From Chiloscyllium plagiosum (lineage: Eukaryota), in assembly GCF_004010195.1 (NCBI RefSeq), contig NC_057751.1, positions 4,972,728 to 5,009,652 of the forward strand: 36,925 nucleotides of DNA, read 5' to 3'. This document shows positions 12,500 through 24,929 of this stretch, in pieces (position 1 is the first letter of the stretch; each line of letters begins with the position of its first letter). Both the position numbers and the translations under genes were made by a program. The notes under the pieces were generated by a model. The model saw nothing but the letters and a program-made list of their open reading frames with translations, was not told the origin of the DNA and did no database searches.

Positions 12500-14439
12500 C
12501 ACGTCTCTTTGTCACTTCCTGCTTCAGTAATGCAGGAGTTACACATGTCCATCTCCTCCTCATATTCCTGGAAATTCTTTACACACTCCCATGGATTAGG
12601 CCTCCAGTTTCCTCTTCTGGTTCACTGCCAGCTCAGGGGATGAGAAAGGTGTGTTCAGATCATCACTGCCTCTACTCTAGGGCACAGAAACAGAGTGAAT
12701 AGGGTCAGGAGGAGGCCATTCAGCCCTTCAAACCTGCTCCATCATTCATTGTGATCATGCTTGATCATCCAACTCATCACCCTGAGTCCAATTTCTGTCT
12801 GTTCATTTTAATCCCTTTTAGCTACAAGGGCTATTAACTCCTTCTCAAAAACATTCACTGTTTCAGCCTCAACCACATCCAGTGAATCGAAGAGGCAGAC
12901 CCAAGAGGCCATTCAGCCCTGTCAGGCTCCCTGTCCACTGTCTTTGATTCAGGACGTCTTAAAGTGCTCAGTGAGCGATGATACCTTTGCAATGTCATCG
13001 CTACTGTCATGTAATAAATGTGGCAGGTGCACAGGAAGTTCAAGTTTTCAGTTTTTAAGATGTTGGTCCAGCGCTAAATATTCCTCAGGACACCAAAGGG
13101 GATCGGAAACAAACATGAAGAATTGCTGGAGAAACTCAGCAGGTCTGGCAGTGCCTGTGCAGAGGGAGAGGGAGAGAGGGCACAGATAAGGTTTTGAATT
13201 GGTTATAACTGGACTTCAGAACAGGGCGAGATCTTTAGAGTCATCGAGTTTGAGAGCATGGAACAGGCTCTTTGGTCTAACGTTCCCATACTGTCCACTT
13301 TCTCACAATTAAACATAGCTTCATCTTGGATTCACTGCCAGGTGACCTGGAAGAACAGGCCAGGCTTTATTTGAAGCTGGGCTCGGGAAGGCAGCATTCC
13401 TGCCAGTGCTGCACTCCCTCAGTGCGTGCTCAAGTCTGGGAAAGGCCGGAATGCCACCACAGGAGGGCTGACATGAGGAAAGATGAGAACTGAACGTGAA
13501 TCCTGTGCGGTTCCCTTCCCCGGTATCTGTGAGGGGGCATCAGGACCACTCTGCAGAATGGTGCTGATACTAATTGCCAAGAGATCACCACCTTTACCTA
13601 AGTTATCACTTTCAGACCTGAACACCTTTCTCCTTATCCGGAAAGACTCTCCCGTCTGTCCAAACCACAGCCTCTTTGTTCCCATGAGCAGCTTTGTTTG
13701 CTCCCAGTGTTACTGTCAAACCCTCTGTTATCTTCCTGCCTGTCTTTGTCCCTCTGGGCTCCTGCTCTTCCAATCTGCTTTACCCCCTGGCCCTGTCTTC
13801 ATCCTAAAACACCACTTTTCCTGAGCTGCTGTCTGTTTGGTTCTGCCCCACCTCCTGCAGTTCCTCCACTGCTTTGTGTTTTGGTTAAACTCTGTTCCCT
13901 TTTTGTGGCACATGAAGGTCACAGAGTGCCAACGCGATACACAAACTCTGAAACCTCCTGCTCCTGCTGTGTGAACAAAGGCAGGAACTGCATCCAAAGC
14001 CATTCATCAATGATGTGCTCTCACAGATGGCCAGCTTCCCTATCTGAGCAGCTTTTGTTTCATTCTCAGTTCCCCCTTTCTGTCTCGGCTGACTGAGTAC
14101 CCAGAAAGCACCAGCACCTTCAGAACACCTGCAGCTCGCAGCACGTGCTCAGTCCCCTGCAGGGAGGGAGGAGGGCTCTGGGAATCACCTCCGGCCCAGG
14201 AGTCTGTCTGTGACTGAGTGCCACACTCGCTGACGTGGCCTACCCCAGCTGGAAGCAGGGCTCCAGCAACTGTATCCTCTTGGCAGTCACTTCACAAGCA
14301 GCACACTCCACCCAGGCACCAACGCCCTGCTGCACAGCTCAGTCAGAGAGACTGAAGGACAAAGCTGAGAGGACAGGACAGAAGCCCAGTCAGTCAGTCA
14401 GACACTGTGTTCCCGACTGTCTGGCTGAACACCAGCCAT

Positions 14440-14442
14440 ATG
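14440..14442 (+). CDS. Candidate ATG-only coding exon 1 of MSMB-like gene A
   Basis: AGCCATATG|GTAGGC is the nearest upstream ATG|GT-type donor I found. Mammalian MSMB exon 1 contributes only the ATG. An alternative is the in-frame genomic ATG at 15322. Confidence 0.35.
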
Positions 14443-15369
14443 GTAGGCCACTGCATTTCCACACCCTGAATCACAACTCCCCAGTCTGATGGGAGCCACC
14501 AACCCTGTCAGCATCTTCAGGTGTCCCACAGCAAACCCCTGGACGTTTTTCTTAAAGTTGCACTTACCCAGTGATGTACAAAGTGCTTGGTCATCTCTGG
14601 GGAGATCTCGCAAAGACTTTTAGCCCAAGCCGGGGAACGAGTGTCCAATTCATCGCTCAAGCCCGGTTCTAACATTGGCTTTGAAGGTGACAGCTGCCCA
14701 GGGTTTGGGTGACTTCTGCAACTTCAGCCTGGCCTCTCCCAGGCTGGTCGACAGTGCACCCGAACTGGCCCACGCATTGCAATAGGGAGACACTGGTGTG
14801 AGTGCATGTCTGTGGGGGTTTACTGTCACTGAGACATTGGCTTGGTTCCTGCTATCGGGCAGCACTGGCTGAACAATGCTGTGTGTGTGCTCCATGCCAC
14901 AGTGAGAACCCAGTTACCATCTGTGGGTACACTGGTCACAGGCCTCGGGCACACATGCTGAAAGCAATACCTTTCACACCCAGGGGCACGTTCTCAGTGA
15001 AAACCTGAAGCCACGTTGGGAAACCTTGCTCTGTTTCCCAAGGCTCCCCCCAGAGTGTCCGGAGCGTGCAGTTCCCCAAGGCTTCCTCTGTCCATTTACC
15101 AGATAGCATTCCACTCCTCTGTGTGAAATATGAAGCCTTCTTGTGCCTGCCCTCGATGATAGCCAGGTAAGAAACCTCCACCAGGTTCCAGAGATTGAAG
15201 CTTCCTGGAGAGGTCTCTGTCGGGGAGAAACCAGGGGGTGGAAAGGGGAAGCAGTCCAGGGGATTGGCCAACGTGTCTGCAGTATGTCTCTGCCTCAGTG
15301 GGTCAGACAGCGCTTCCACCCATGTGTCTGACTCAGTCCCGTTCACATTCAGTCTGTTTCCTTAATCAG

Positions 15370-15451
15370 GAGCTCTGCGTGCGTCTGGTCTGGCTGCTCA
15401 TAGCCTTTCCGCTGTTGGAATCTGCCCTCATGATTTACTCCAAAAACTCTG
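15370..15451 (+). CDS. MSMB: Beta-microseminoprotein-like gene A, exon 2 (signal peptide)
   Basis: Acceptor TTTCCTTAATCAG| and donor G|GTAGGT. Encodes ELCVRLVWLLIAFPLLESALMIYSKNS(G), phase 0 to 1 as in MSMB exon 2, in frame with the next exon. Confidence 0.8.
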
Positions 15452-16203
15452 GTAGGTGGGTTCGCGAATGGAGGGGTACACACACACAGACACACGCGCA
15501 CACACACAGAGACACAGACACACACGGAGGGAGGGAGGCAGAGGTTCTAGCTCAGGGCTGCCTCCCACCTTGGTTTACAAGGCCAACACTGGATATCAGC
15601 TCAGTCCTGCCTCAGCCATGGCTCTCTGTGGGGAGCTGGACTGGACAGAACATGTCCCACCTTCCCACACTGCAGCAAGGACAAGGAGGATTGATTAGCT
15701 TAGGACACAGAGGGGACTGTGGGAGGGAGAAGGACTCAGTCGGGTCAGATTCTGTTCTCCAGCAATATGTACAAAAAGGCAATGCAGCAACTGCAGACCA
15801 TTCCAATCCTCTGCAGGGACCTAAGAGGGACAGATGTGGGAGGTACTGTGACCAGCAACCATCCGGTATCAGAGTCTGAAGGAATTCTGCAGAAACCTCT
15901 TCACCCAGGGAGAGTGGAGCTCAGTCCCACAGGCAGGGTGGCGATGGGCTTGGGAGGGAGGGGGGAAGCTAGGAAGGGGTTGGTGTAGTCAGCCACCACG
16001 AGGTCCAGTCATTCATTGGAGAAGGTAGACACACAGGGTTTACTGGAGAAACTCAGCAGGTGCAGCAGCATCTGTAAAGAGAGTGCAGTGACCCTTCCTC
16101 AGAACTGCAAGTGGTATTTATGATGATGGGTGTGGAGGTGGGGGAGGAGGTGGTGAATAGATCATTTGACTGAGAAGGCAGACAGAGAGAGATGGAGAGA
16201 GCC

Positions 16204-16238
<35 letters not shown>

Positions 16239-16819
16239 AGACCAACCATATGAATTGTTGACAGTAAACCGGGGAAGAAGAGAAGCTCCATAAACAATCA
16301 AACAAATGCCTAAGCATGTTCAAAGTCTGAAACAAAGACAGAAACAACTGGAGAAACTCAGCAGGTCTGGCAGTATCTATGGAGAGAAAGCAGAGGTAAT
16401 AGATCGGGTCGAGTGACCCTTCTTCAGAAGTTCCAAACAGAGCAGGTAGAAATTGGTTAAAATGGGACTGTGTTCAAAGCAGTCTCAAAATGATGTTCTG
16501 AAAAAACAAGTCTCTCAATCAAAGGTTGGCTGAGGAATTCTGAAGGGACACAGAGGGACTGAGAGAAAGAGACAGAGAGAGAAAGAGAGAGATAGAGAGA
16601 AAGAGAACTGGGGGAGAAAGAGACAAGTGTGAGAGAGAGGGAGACTGAGACAGAGAGAATGAGACACACAGAGAGGGGGACAGAGGGGGAGAGAGGGACA
16701 GAAATGTTGATGGTTGCAGATTAACCAGGCACACAGCTTGATAATATATACAGACACACACCTCCCCATTGGTCTCAGAGCCTGTGGAACTGTCTGAAGT
16801 GAGTTTTCTGTGGGTTTAG

Positions 16820-16931
16820 GTCACTGTGTAGACCACGCAGACAGGACAGTGCACCGTCTCGGCTCCAGATGGAGGAATTCGGACTGCCAAATCTGTCAGT
16901 GTCTCCACACCATAGTGGCCTGTCGCAACAG
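16820..16931 (+). CDS. MSMB: Beta-microseminoprotein-like gene A, exon 3
   Basis: Acceptor GGGTTTAG| and donor CAG|GTAAGT. Encodes (G)HCVDHADRTVHRLGSRWRNSDCQICQCLHTIVACRN(S), matching the C-x-D...H..GS.W....C..C.C family pattern. Phase 1 to 2. Confidence 0.9.
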
Positions 16932-17689
16932 GTAAGTGACGACAACTTTCTGTACTGGTCAGACTGCAGCACTACACACCCAAGGCAGAGGGCATGGTGG
17001 CATCAGTGCCCAGCACAAGCCTGTCCTCCTTCTGAACCCCCTTCCCCCAGGGGAAAGGACAACTTACCCGAGCTGAGCCTGCAGCTCAGAGCACTTGCAA
17101 ACCTCCTGGCTGCTGCCGAGAGAGGAACCGCACTCTGCCCAGTGCAGAGAATGCATGTGGGGTCTTCTGGAGTTGGACAGAGAAATGCAGCAACCGGGAG
17201 TAGGCCATTCGGCCCTTCAAACCTGCTCCACGGCTGATCATCCAACTGCACACCCAGTTCTCCCTATCATCCTTTCAGCCCTGAAGACTGTACCCAAGTC
17301 GTTCATGATAACATTCCACATCCTGCAGCTCAGTCACTCACCGTCTGACCCACTCCCCACCCCCCACCCCCAACGGCCATGACTTGAAAAGCAAAGCCCA
17401 TTGGTGGACTGACCATTGGTGAGGCCACCATTTCTTCCCAATGAATGGACTGTGAGCTGCTACCTGGGATAGCACAGAGAGTGGCCCACATCCCGGTGTT
17501 TCTGGGATCACAGGGGGAAGCTGATTCAGGCCCACTTCCTCAACCAGGGGCTGCACATGCAGATGGCTTCTCACCCCCTCTGCCCACTCCCAGACTCCCA
17601 TTCCAAAACCCAGGGCAGACTCAGGTCTCAGGAGTACACATGCAGAAGATACACAGACGAGGAGGCTGGTTACAAGCAAGGAGGGTGAC

Positions 17690-18760
17690 AGGAAGATATT
17701 GATGGGTTGGCGAGATGGTCAGGCCAGTGGCAGCTGGTATTTAACCCTGAGAAGATATACTTTGGAAGAAGAGAGTAGATCAGGGAGTATTTAATGAATG
17801 GCAGGTCACTGGGTAGCTGAGAGGAACAAGGGGATCTTGGGGTAATTATTGACAGATCCCTGAATTCAACCCAGCAAATGAATAGAACAGCAGATGGGAG
17901 AGTTGCTTTCATCAGTTGATTAGATTAGATTCCCTACAGTTTGGAAACAGGCCCTTCGGCCCAACAAGTCCAGAGTGACCCTCCGAAAATTAACCCATCC
18001 AGACCCATTCCCCTATCCTGTACTTAACCCTGACTAATGCCCCTAACACTATGGGCAATTTCCCATGGCCAATTCACCCTAAGCTGCACATCTTTGGACT
18101 GTGGGAGGAAACCGGAGCACCCGGAGGAAACCCACGCAGAGACAAGGAGAATGTGCAAACTCCACACAGACAGTTGCCTGAGGTGAGAATCGAACCTTGG
18201 TCCCTGGTGCTGTGAGGCAGCAGCGTTAACCACTGAGCCACCGTGCCGCCCCTCTACGCCAGCTGTAATATACAGTATAAGGAGGTAATGTTGGAGTTGT
18301 ACAAAGTGTTGGTGAGGCCACAGCTGGAGTATTGTGTGCAGTTCTAGTCACCTCACTACAGGAAGGATGTGATAGCACTGGAGGGGATTCACCAGAATCG
18401 TTCCTGGGATGGAGACACTGAGCTGTAAGGAGAAACTAGATGGGCTGTGATTGTCTTCTTCAGATGATGGGGAGGTGGTGGGGGGAGGCGGTGAGATCGA
18501 TAAGATTATGAGGGTGGAGAGAGAGAGAGAGAGAGAGAGAGCAGCTGCTCCCCTTGGTTGAGGGGTCAATCATGAGGGGGTGACATTTAATGGTAAGGGG
18601 CGGGAGATTCAGAGAGGATTCAGGAAAAAGCTTTCCCACTCAGCGGGTGCTGGGAATCTGGAAAACACTGCCTGGGAAGGTAGTGGAGGCTGGAGACTTT
18701 GCCGCCTTTCAACAACACTTCAAATATCATCACATTGTAGGATGTGGGACAAATGCAGAA
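17690..18760 (+). mobile_element. Old CR1 LINE RT/3' fragment in gene A intron 3, split by a SINE
   Basis: Typical CR1 ORF2 remnants such as LYKVLVRPQLEYCVQF*SPHYRKDVIALE at ~18298-18383. Confidence 0.85.
17918..18251 (-). mobile_element. Full-length HE1-like V-SINE
   Basis: GGGCGGCACGGTGGCTCAGTGGTTAAC head, V-SINE core, LINE-derived tail GGACTTGTTGGGCCGAAGGGCCTGTTTCC and (AATCT)n terminus. Confidence 0.92.
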
Positions 18761-19089
18761 CATTGAGGTCAGTAACCTCAAGAAACTTCACTTCAGATCT
18801 CTCTGCCCATGGGTTATGGCTGCTCCCTTCTTGAATCCAGATTGCTGCATTAGACCCAGAGAGAGCGGCTCAGACTGGGCCGTTCCAAGGCAGAGATCCA
18901 CCAGAATCCTCCTGAACCACAAAACCAGGTCCAGAAACCCCTGGCTCAAGGCTCTGAGACCAGCAATGCTTTCTCCCATTCTCTGTGGCTTGTTACTCAG
19001 GAAGCAAGCAGGGCAATGGAAGGGTAGAGACACAGAGGAGAGCGTATTCCCAATGGATCTCCATTAACGTGCGAGAGTTCCAGGGGACC

Positions 19090-19875
19090 TTGTCCTTACA
19101 AGCCTGCCCAGCACACACTGGGGTCACAGGGAAGGGGAACAGATTGCTAGCCTTTATTTCACAGGGAACGGAGGAGAACAGTAAGGGAGGTTTTAACAAA
19201 ACTGTCCAAGGCAGACGTCAGACCCCAGCTGGGATACAGTAACCAAGGGCTAGCCCCTGATCAAAGCAAAAAGACACTGGCCACTGGAGGTAGACCAGAG
19301 AAACTCCACTCAGCTGATCCCAGGGATGATGGAGCTGTCACGTGAGGAGAAGTTGTATATGGTAGGCAAGTACACATTGGAGTCAAGTGTGGGGTGCTGG
19401 AAAAGCACAGCAGATCAGGAGAAGGAGAATCGACGTTTTGGGCAAAAGCCCTTCATCAGGAATGAGGAATCTCTGATCCCCACCATCTGCAGCCCTCACT
19501 TTCCCGTGAACTGATTTGAGTTCAGAAGGGTGAGAGGAGACCTTGCTGAAACGTACAAGATGCTTCGGGATCTTGGTGGGGTACATGTGGAAAGATTGTT
19601 TCCCCTTGTGGGTGAGTTTCGGATCAGACGGAGTTGTCTCCCATTGAAGATAGAGGTAGGAGGAATTTGTTAGTGGGGGCTGTTGAGGCTGACCCATTAA
19701 ATACCGCCAAAGCTGAGATAGACAGATGTTTAACTAATGAGGGAATCAAGGGCTGTGGGGAAAAGGTGGACTAGTGGAATGGAGGGTGATTACATCAGCC
19801 ACAATCTCATTGAATGATGGAGCAGAGTGGAGGGGCTGAATGGCCTCCTGTTGCTACCATGTCCTGTGCTGTTAT
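19090..19875 (+). mobile_element. Highly degenerate CR1-like 3' fragment
   Basis: GAGACCTTGCTGAAACGTACAAGATG and the terminal GGGGCTGAATGGCCTCCTG...CTACCATGTCCTGTG tail. A short unrelated repeat is inserted at ~19395-19505. Confidence 0.6.
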
Positions 19876-19915
19876 AGTCGAATTCTGACTTTGGTTTTGT
19901 GCTTTGTGTGTCCAG

Positions 19916-20039
19916 TTACTCCACTCCACAGGTCTATCCAGATGACTGCGTCGCAGTGTTTGAGAGGGACAATTGTCGCTACAGGTTACAGAAGAAGAGC
20001 AACCCAATGGTGGAATGTCAGGCATGGAGAGGTACATGA
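19916..20039 (+). CDS. MSMB: Beta-microseminoprotein-like gene A, last coding exon
   Basis: Acceptor TTTGTGTGTCCAG|, phase 2. Encodes YSTPQVYPDDCVAVFERDNCRYRLQKKSNPMVECQAWRGT*, which aligns with the human MSMB C-terminal domain (STPVGYDKDNCQRIFKKEDCKYIVVEKKDPKKTC). Confidence 0.92.
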
Positions 20040-20122
20040 GAGACATGGAACAGCAGCATTGCAGTGGGGGAAGGGGCTGCTTCATCAGACACCAGCACAT
20101 TGCCAAGATTTCCAGATGCCAT

Positions 20123-20789
20123 TGTGACAATGCTGTTCCTTTCATACCGTTATATCGTCCTTGGGATTTTTTCAAAAAAGGGGGTTGTAAAAGGCAGAGG
20201 TTCAGATTTGTCTGGGTGTGGCCACTTTGATTATAGCGAAGAGATACTGCATCAGGCACCAATCAGGGTAAAGGCTTTTTGGGTTTAGTTTATGTAACAA
20301 CACCTGTACAATGGAAGGGGAGTGGCCAGTGCTCCTTGTTCAGGGTTTATTTTCTAGATTGCTTTAGTTTTGGCGAGGGACCCCGAGAAACTGATGGGAA
20401 CAATGAGATGCCATGTTTCAGCCAATGATCCTTGGCTGATCCTCTCTGACAACTCTCTCTCTCTCTCTCTCTCTCTTTCCTGTAAGAATTTGTGTTTGAA
20501 TTGACCTTTTTGCCCTGGGGTGCACTTATGGGATGTTGCAGGAAATCAGCTCTTTGTTAAGTTGCTTGGTCAGGTTTTCAAATTGTTGTTATTCTAAATT
20601 CTATTTTCTTTTGTTTGTGTTTCATCCATGAGCCTGTAAATAAATTCTGTTTTGTTTGAAACTGAGTGGTTGGGTCAGTGGCATCCCTCCTGGAATATCC
20701 ACTAAACATCTGCTTAAACCAACCAGCAGAGTTAGGGTCTGGGCTGCTTTCTGAATATGTTTTGAGGGGGTCTGGCCTGGTCCATAACA
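20123..20789 (+). mobile_element. Solo LTR (same family as 11851-12499) inserted just 3' of the gene A stop codon
   Basis: TGTGAC...ATAACA termini, AATAAA at 20639-20644, flanks CCAT/ACAT (imperfect 4-bp TSD). Confidence 0.8.
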
Positions 20790-21794
20790 ACATCTTCACC
20801 CAGAACAGACTAAGACAATAACGTGAAGCCACAGTGACCAGCTGTAAACCATGTTAATCACTGATCTTCGCTTTGTGCTCTCAGACCACTCGGCCCTGCA
20901 ATGGGCCAGTACTTTGGCGTGATCGTCAGGGGCCTGGGTGCCTCTCATCTTGGGTGAAACAGTCAGGCCGGTCAAGTGAGCGGGCCAAAGTTGGATCTGT
21001 GCACAGTCAAGAAAGGGAAAGGAGATGGGGGAGTGGGAAACAAAGAGGGGCCGCTGCTGCTGGAAGGAGACTCGAGGAGAACCTACTTATGGAGATGGTG
21101 GATTGCAGGCTGGGCAAAATGAGGATGACAGTTGTGAAGGATGGGTGAAGAACAGTTGGGAACAGGGTAATGTGGGAACCAGGATCACCTACGGTCAGGA
21201 GTACCTTGGCTTCTGTGTCTGACTACACCTGGTCCTGTCATCAGATAGACCAGGAAGGGAGAAAGCTGGGCAAGTGCAGGTTCATGTAGTGTGTTGGTGG
21301 GGACCTGCGGAAGTGAGAAAGCGAGGACATTCGCAGAAAAGGCGATCCGGATGCTTCAGCTTCAATTTCACATAGAGCTTCAAGCTCGTGTAAGTTCCCC
21401 AAAGTGAGCTCACTGTTGTGTTCCATCACGGTGAAAATCAAACCTTCACATTGTGAAAGAGAATGGCTGCGACCACACGCGCACACAGCGGGTAGTGGAA
21501 ATATCTCGATCTGTGAGCTGTTTGACCAAGAGGGACAATGATGCCAGCAGATTCCATTGCCTTGTACATGTCTTGTTCACCTTCCTTTCTAAAGGCTCAA
21601 CACAGACACTGACCCAGGATACATACTGTGCAGACACAAAGCTGGGCATCATGTTGGCACACATACGCTGGGCAGGGGCAGTTGGGGTGAGGCAGAGATG
21701 CCAACAAGCAGAGGTACAATCATTTACAGCTAATTTACAGCAACGTGAGGTTTCACAAACAGTGCAATATCACCCCTGACACCAAAAAAGGATC

Positions 21795-22085
21795 ATTTCA
21801 ATAACGAGAGGTCACGCTTTCAAGGTGAGAGGGGGGTACACACAGCATGTACTTCACACAGAGGGTGGTGGGCGTCTGGAACACGTTGCCAGCAGAGGTG
21901 GGAGAGGCAGGCATGGCAGATTCATTTAAGATGCATCTGGACAGATGCATGAGTAGGTGGGGAGCAGAGGGATATAGATGCTTAGGAATTGGGCGACAGT
22001 TTGAGACAATGGATTTGGATTGGCTCAGGCTTGGAGGGCCGAAGGGCCTGTTCCTGGGCTGTAAATTATCTTTGTTCTTTCTTTG
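21795..22085 (+). mobile_element. CR1/HER1-type LINE 3' end
   Basis: YFTQRVVGVWNTLPAEVGEAGMADSFKMHLDRCM, then the GAGGGCCGAAGGGCCTGTTCC tail. Confidence 0.85.
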
Positions 22086-22934
22086 TGATTTCCTGTCCCT
22101 CCCACACCTCTGTGTACCTCATTGGTTCCCTAGCTGGGATTGAGGGTGCTCACCCAGGCAGTGGGACTTGGGGCGGAGGGCAGGATGTTGGGTTTAGGCC
22201 CTGGAACGCTGAGGATTTCCTCAGCCTGACGCTCCATGGGGTAGAGGGGAGAGGCGGGGGAAGTGGAGGGGCCTGGGAGGAGTGTGGGTGTGGGGGCTCC
22301 CCTTCCAGCAGGGTACCTCCTGGCACAGTCCTGTCTCTGTGTGAGGGAGGGGGTACCTGCAGTGTGCACCAAGGTCTCCCTCCCCCTGATCCTAGGCCTT
22401 CAGCCATGGAGCAGTGGAGAGCTGGGGTGCCTCTTGCCACAAGGTCCTGACAGTGCAGTACCTGGTTCCCCATGGTAGCTGCCAACTCATCCATGGGCAC
22501 AGCCAGCCACATCACCAACTGCTTGGGGCAGCTCCCCCACCCACCCATTCTGCCCACCAAACACCCAGGCCCCTCAGCACCCACCTGAACCCTTCACAGT
22601 AGCACCCCACAATATCCCCAGCTCCCTGCCCCCCACAACAGTTCAAGGTTCAACAGCTCAACACGCTCTCTCTCTCCCTCGATGAGAGACGGAGATGAAC
22701 AAATACTGACTCACACACTGACCTGTACAGCCTGCCAAGGCACACACTAAAGGACGGCAAAAGTCTGTTTGTCAATGTGTGGGAGAGTGTGAGTTTGAGA
22801 CAGACAGACAGAGAGACATAGAGATGGCATAGAATGGAAACAGACCCTTCAGTCCAAACTGACCAGATTATACTAAACTAATTTAGTTCCATTTGCCAGT
22901 ACCTGGCTCATACCCATCTGGACCCTTCCTATTC

Positions 22935-23341
22935 CAATCAGTCAGATAACATCCTGGGTCAGTGTACTCTCCAGAGATGAAGAGCAGCACCTCGCACCAG
23001 GAAGCAGGAAGCGAGTGGAGCTGGAACCGCCGTCAGACAGAGGGAAACACTGTCTGGGTCAGTGCGGTCACAGGGACTGTGTTAGAGCATTGACCCAAAC
23101 TCTGACTGGACATTAACCTCCTCAGGTTAGTCCTGCCATCCCTCCTACAGAACAGGGGCAGGAACCTGAAGGGGTCTGGGAGGATGCCTGTTTATCAGAG
23201 GGTATTTCACCCATCACCCCCATGGGATCATCAACCCCAGGTAGTGCCACATGCCACATCCTGCTCAGGATTTGGGGAACAGAAGGATCGGGAGCAGGAT
23301 TAGACAATCCAACCCCTCCATCTGCGATCCACCATTAAACA
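22935..23341 (+). repeat. Segmental duplication block X (copy 1)
   Basis: Near-identical to 34884-35290 at a constant offset of 11949 with no indels. Confidence 0.95.
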
Positions 23342-24500
23342 TGTGGATGTAGTCTCGATGGACTTTAGTAAGTTATCTGATAAAGTCCCACATGGCAGAT
23401 TGTTACAGAAATTAAAGTTATGTGGGATTCGGGGTGGGCTGGCTGGATGGACACAAAACTAGCTTGGTCATAGAAGACAGAGGGTAGCGGTGGAAGAGTG
23501 CTCTTTTCAGATGGAGACTGACTGGTAACTAGTGGTGTTCTGCAGGGATCTGTTGTTTGTAGTAAATATAAATGATCCGGAGGAAAATGTGCATGGTCTG
23601 ATTAGTAAGTTGCAGGTGACATGAAGATTGCTGGAGTCACTCATGGTGCTGATGACTGTGAAAGGATACAACGGGATATTGATAGTTTGGCGAGTTGGGC
23701 ACGGAAATGGCAGCAGGAGCATAATTCAGACAAATGCGAGGTGATGTGTTTTAGAGGATCAAACTTAGATGTGAATTATAGTGTAAATGGCAGAAGCCTG
23801 AGGAACATTAACAGATGGATCTGAGTGTGCAGGTCCACACTTCCCTAAAAGTGGGAACATAGGTGACCAAGGTGATTAAGAAGGCAAATGGCATCGGGGC
23901 CATGGAGTACAATAGTTAGCAAATCATGGTGCAGCTATATAAAACCGATGTTAGGCTGCATTGGAGTATTGTGTGCAGTTTTGGTTGCCACACTACCAGA
24001 AGGATGTGGAAGCTTTGGTGAGAATGCAGAGAAGGTTCAACAGGATGTTGCTTGTCCTCGAGGGAATTGGCTATGAAGAAAGCCTAAAAAGACTGGGTTG
24101 TTTTCACTGGAAAGACAAGGCTGACAGGAGACCTGATAGAGGTCTCCAAAATTCTGAGAGGCCTAGATAGGGTGGATAGTCAGAGGCTTTTTCCCCAAGG
24201 TTGAAGGTTCAATTACAAGGGGGGGCACAGGTTCAAGGTGCAAGGAGGAAGTTGAAGGGAGATGTGCGAGAGAGGTTTTTCACCCTGAGGATGGTAGGAG
24301 CCGAAAGAGATGGTAGAAGCAGGAATGTTGGCAACATTTAAGAGGCATCTGGATGGTGACACGAATAAGGAACAGAGGAATATGGACCAAATAAAGGCAG
24401 AAGGTTTGTTTTTTAGTTTAGTTAGAGCATGATGATGGACACAGGCTTGGAGGGCTGAAGGAACTGTTCTTGTGCTGCCGTACATCTCTGTACTTCTCTT
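23342..24500 (+). mobile_element. CR1 LINE RT-to-3' fragment, degenerate
   Basis: GATAAAGTCCCACATGGCAGATTG (DKVPHGRL), DCERIQRDIDSLASWARKWQ, LEYCVQFWLPHYQKDVEAL and a 3' tail. Confidence 0.9.
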
Positions 24501-24783
24501 TGAACTGCCCTGTGTGCTCCTCAGGTCTCTTTTAAACTCTTCCCCTCTCACTTGAAACCTATGCCCTCTAGTTTTGGACTTCCCTACCCTGGGGAAAAGA
24601 CCTTATCTGTGCCCCTCATGATTTGATAAACATCTATAAGATCACCCCTCAGCCTCCTGTACTCCAGAGAAAGAAGTCCCAGACGATCCAGTCTCTCCTT
24701 ATAACTCAAACCCTCCCGTCTCAGTGACAACCTTTTGTTTTGCACCCTCTCCCATTCAATAGTAAGTTTAATGGGTGACTAGA
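24501..24783 (-). mobile_element. CR1 LINE fragment, minus strand
   Basis: Reverse complement contains AGGCTGAGGGGTGATCTTATAGATGTTTATCAAATCATGAGGGGCACAGATAAGG and GGGCATAGGTTTCAAGTGAGAGGGG. Confidence 0.85.
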
Positions 24784-24929
24784 CACTGGGCAGAGTATTC
24801 CAGGCTGCTGCTGTTAACAACATCCCTGTCAGCTCCAGTAGACGCCCCCTTGGGACAGTGCTCAGAATCCCTGAGCAGCAAGAGAGCTGGCAGGGGGTGG
24901 GGGGGGGGGGATCCACTCAGGGCCTCCTG
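24784..24929 (+). repeat. Segmental duplication block Y (copy 1)
   Basis: Near-identical to 36207-36345 apart from G-run length. Confidence 0.95.

Noticed and set aside
13910..14000. HRVPTRYTNSETSCSCC resembles gene A exon 3 (HRLGSRWRNSDCQICQC)
   Set aside because: Cys spacing is wrong, Cys2 is absent and there are no suitable splice sites. Probably chance, though a very old pseudo-exon cannot be excluded.
15155..15172. Strong donor CAG|GTAAGA as exon 1 of gene A
   Set aside because: The nearby ATG is phase 2 and hits a stop after splicing, and the phase-0 frame has no ATG.
22150..22600. Possible degenerate DNA-transposon-derived sequence (similar impression at ~9130-10100 and ~1950-2800)
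   Set aside because: No diagnostic motif or terminal repeats could be read, so it needs a Dfam/Repbase search.
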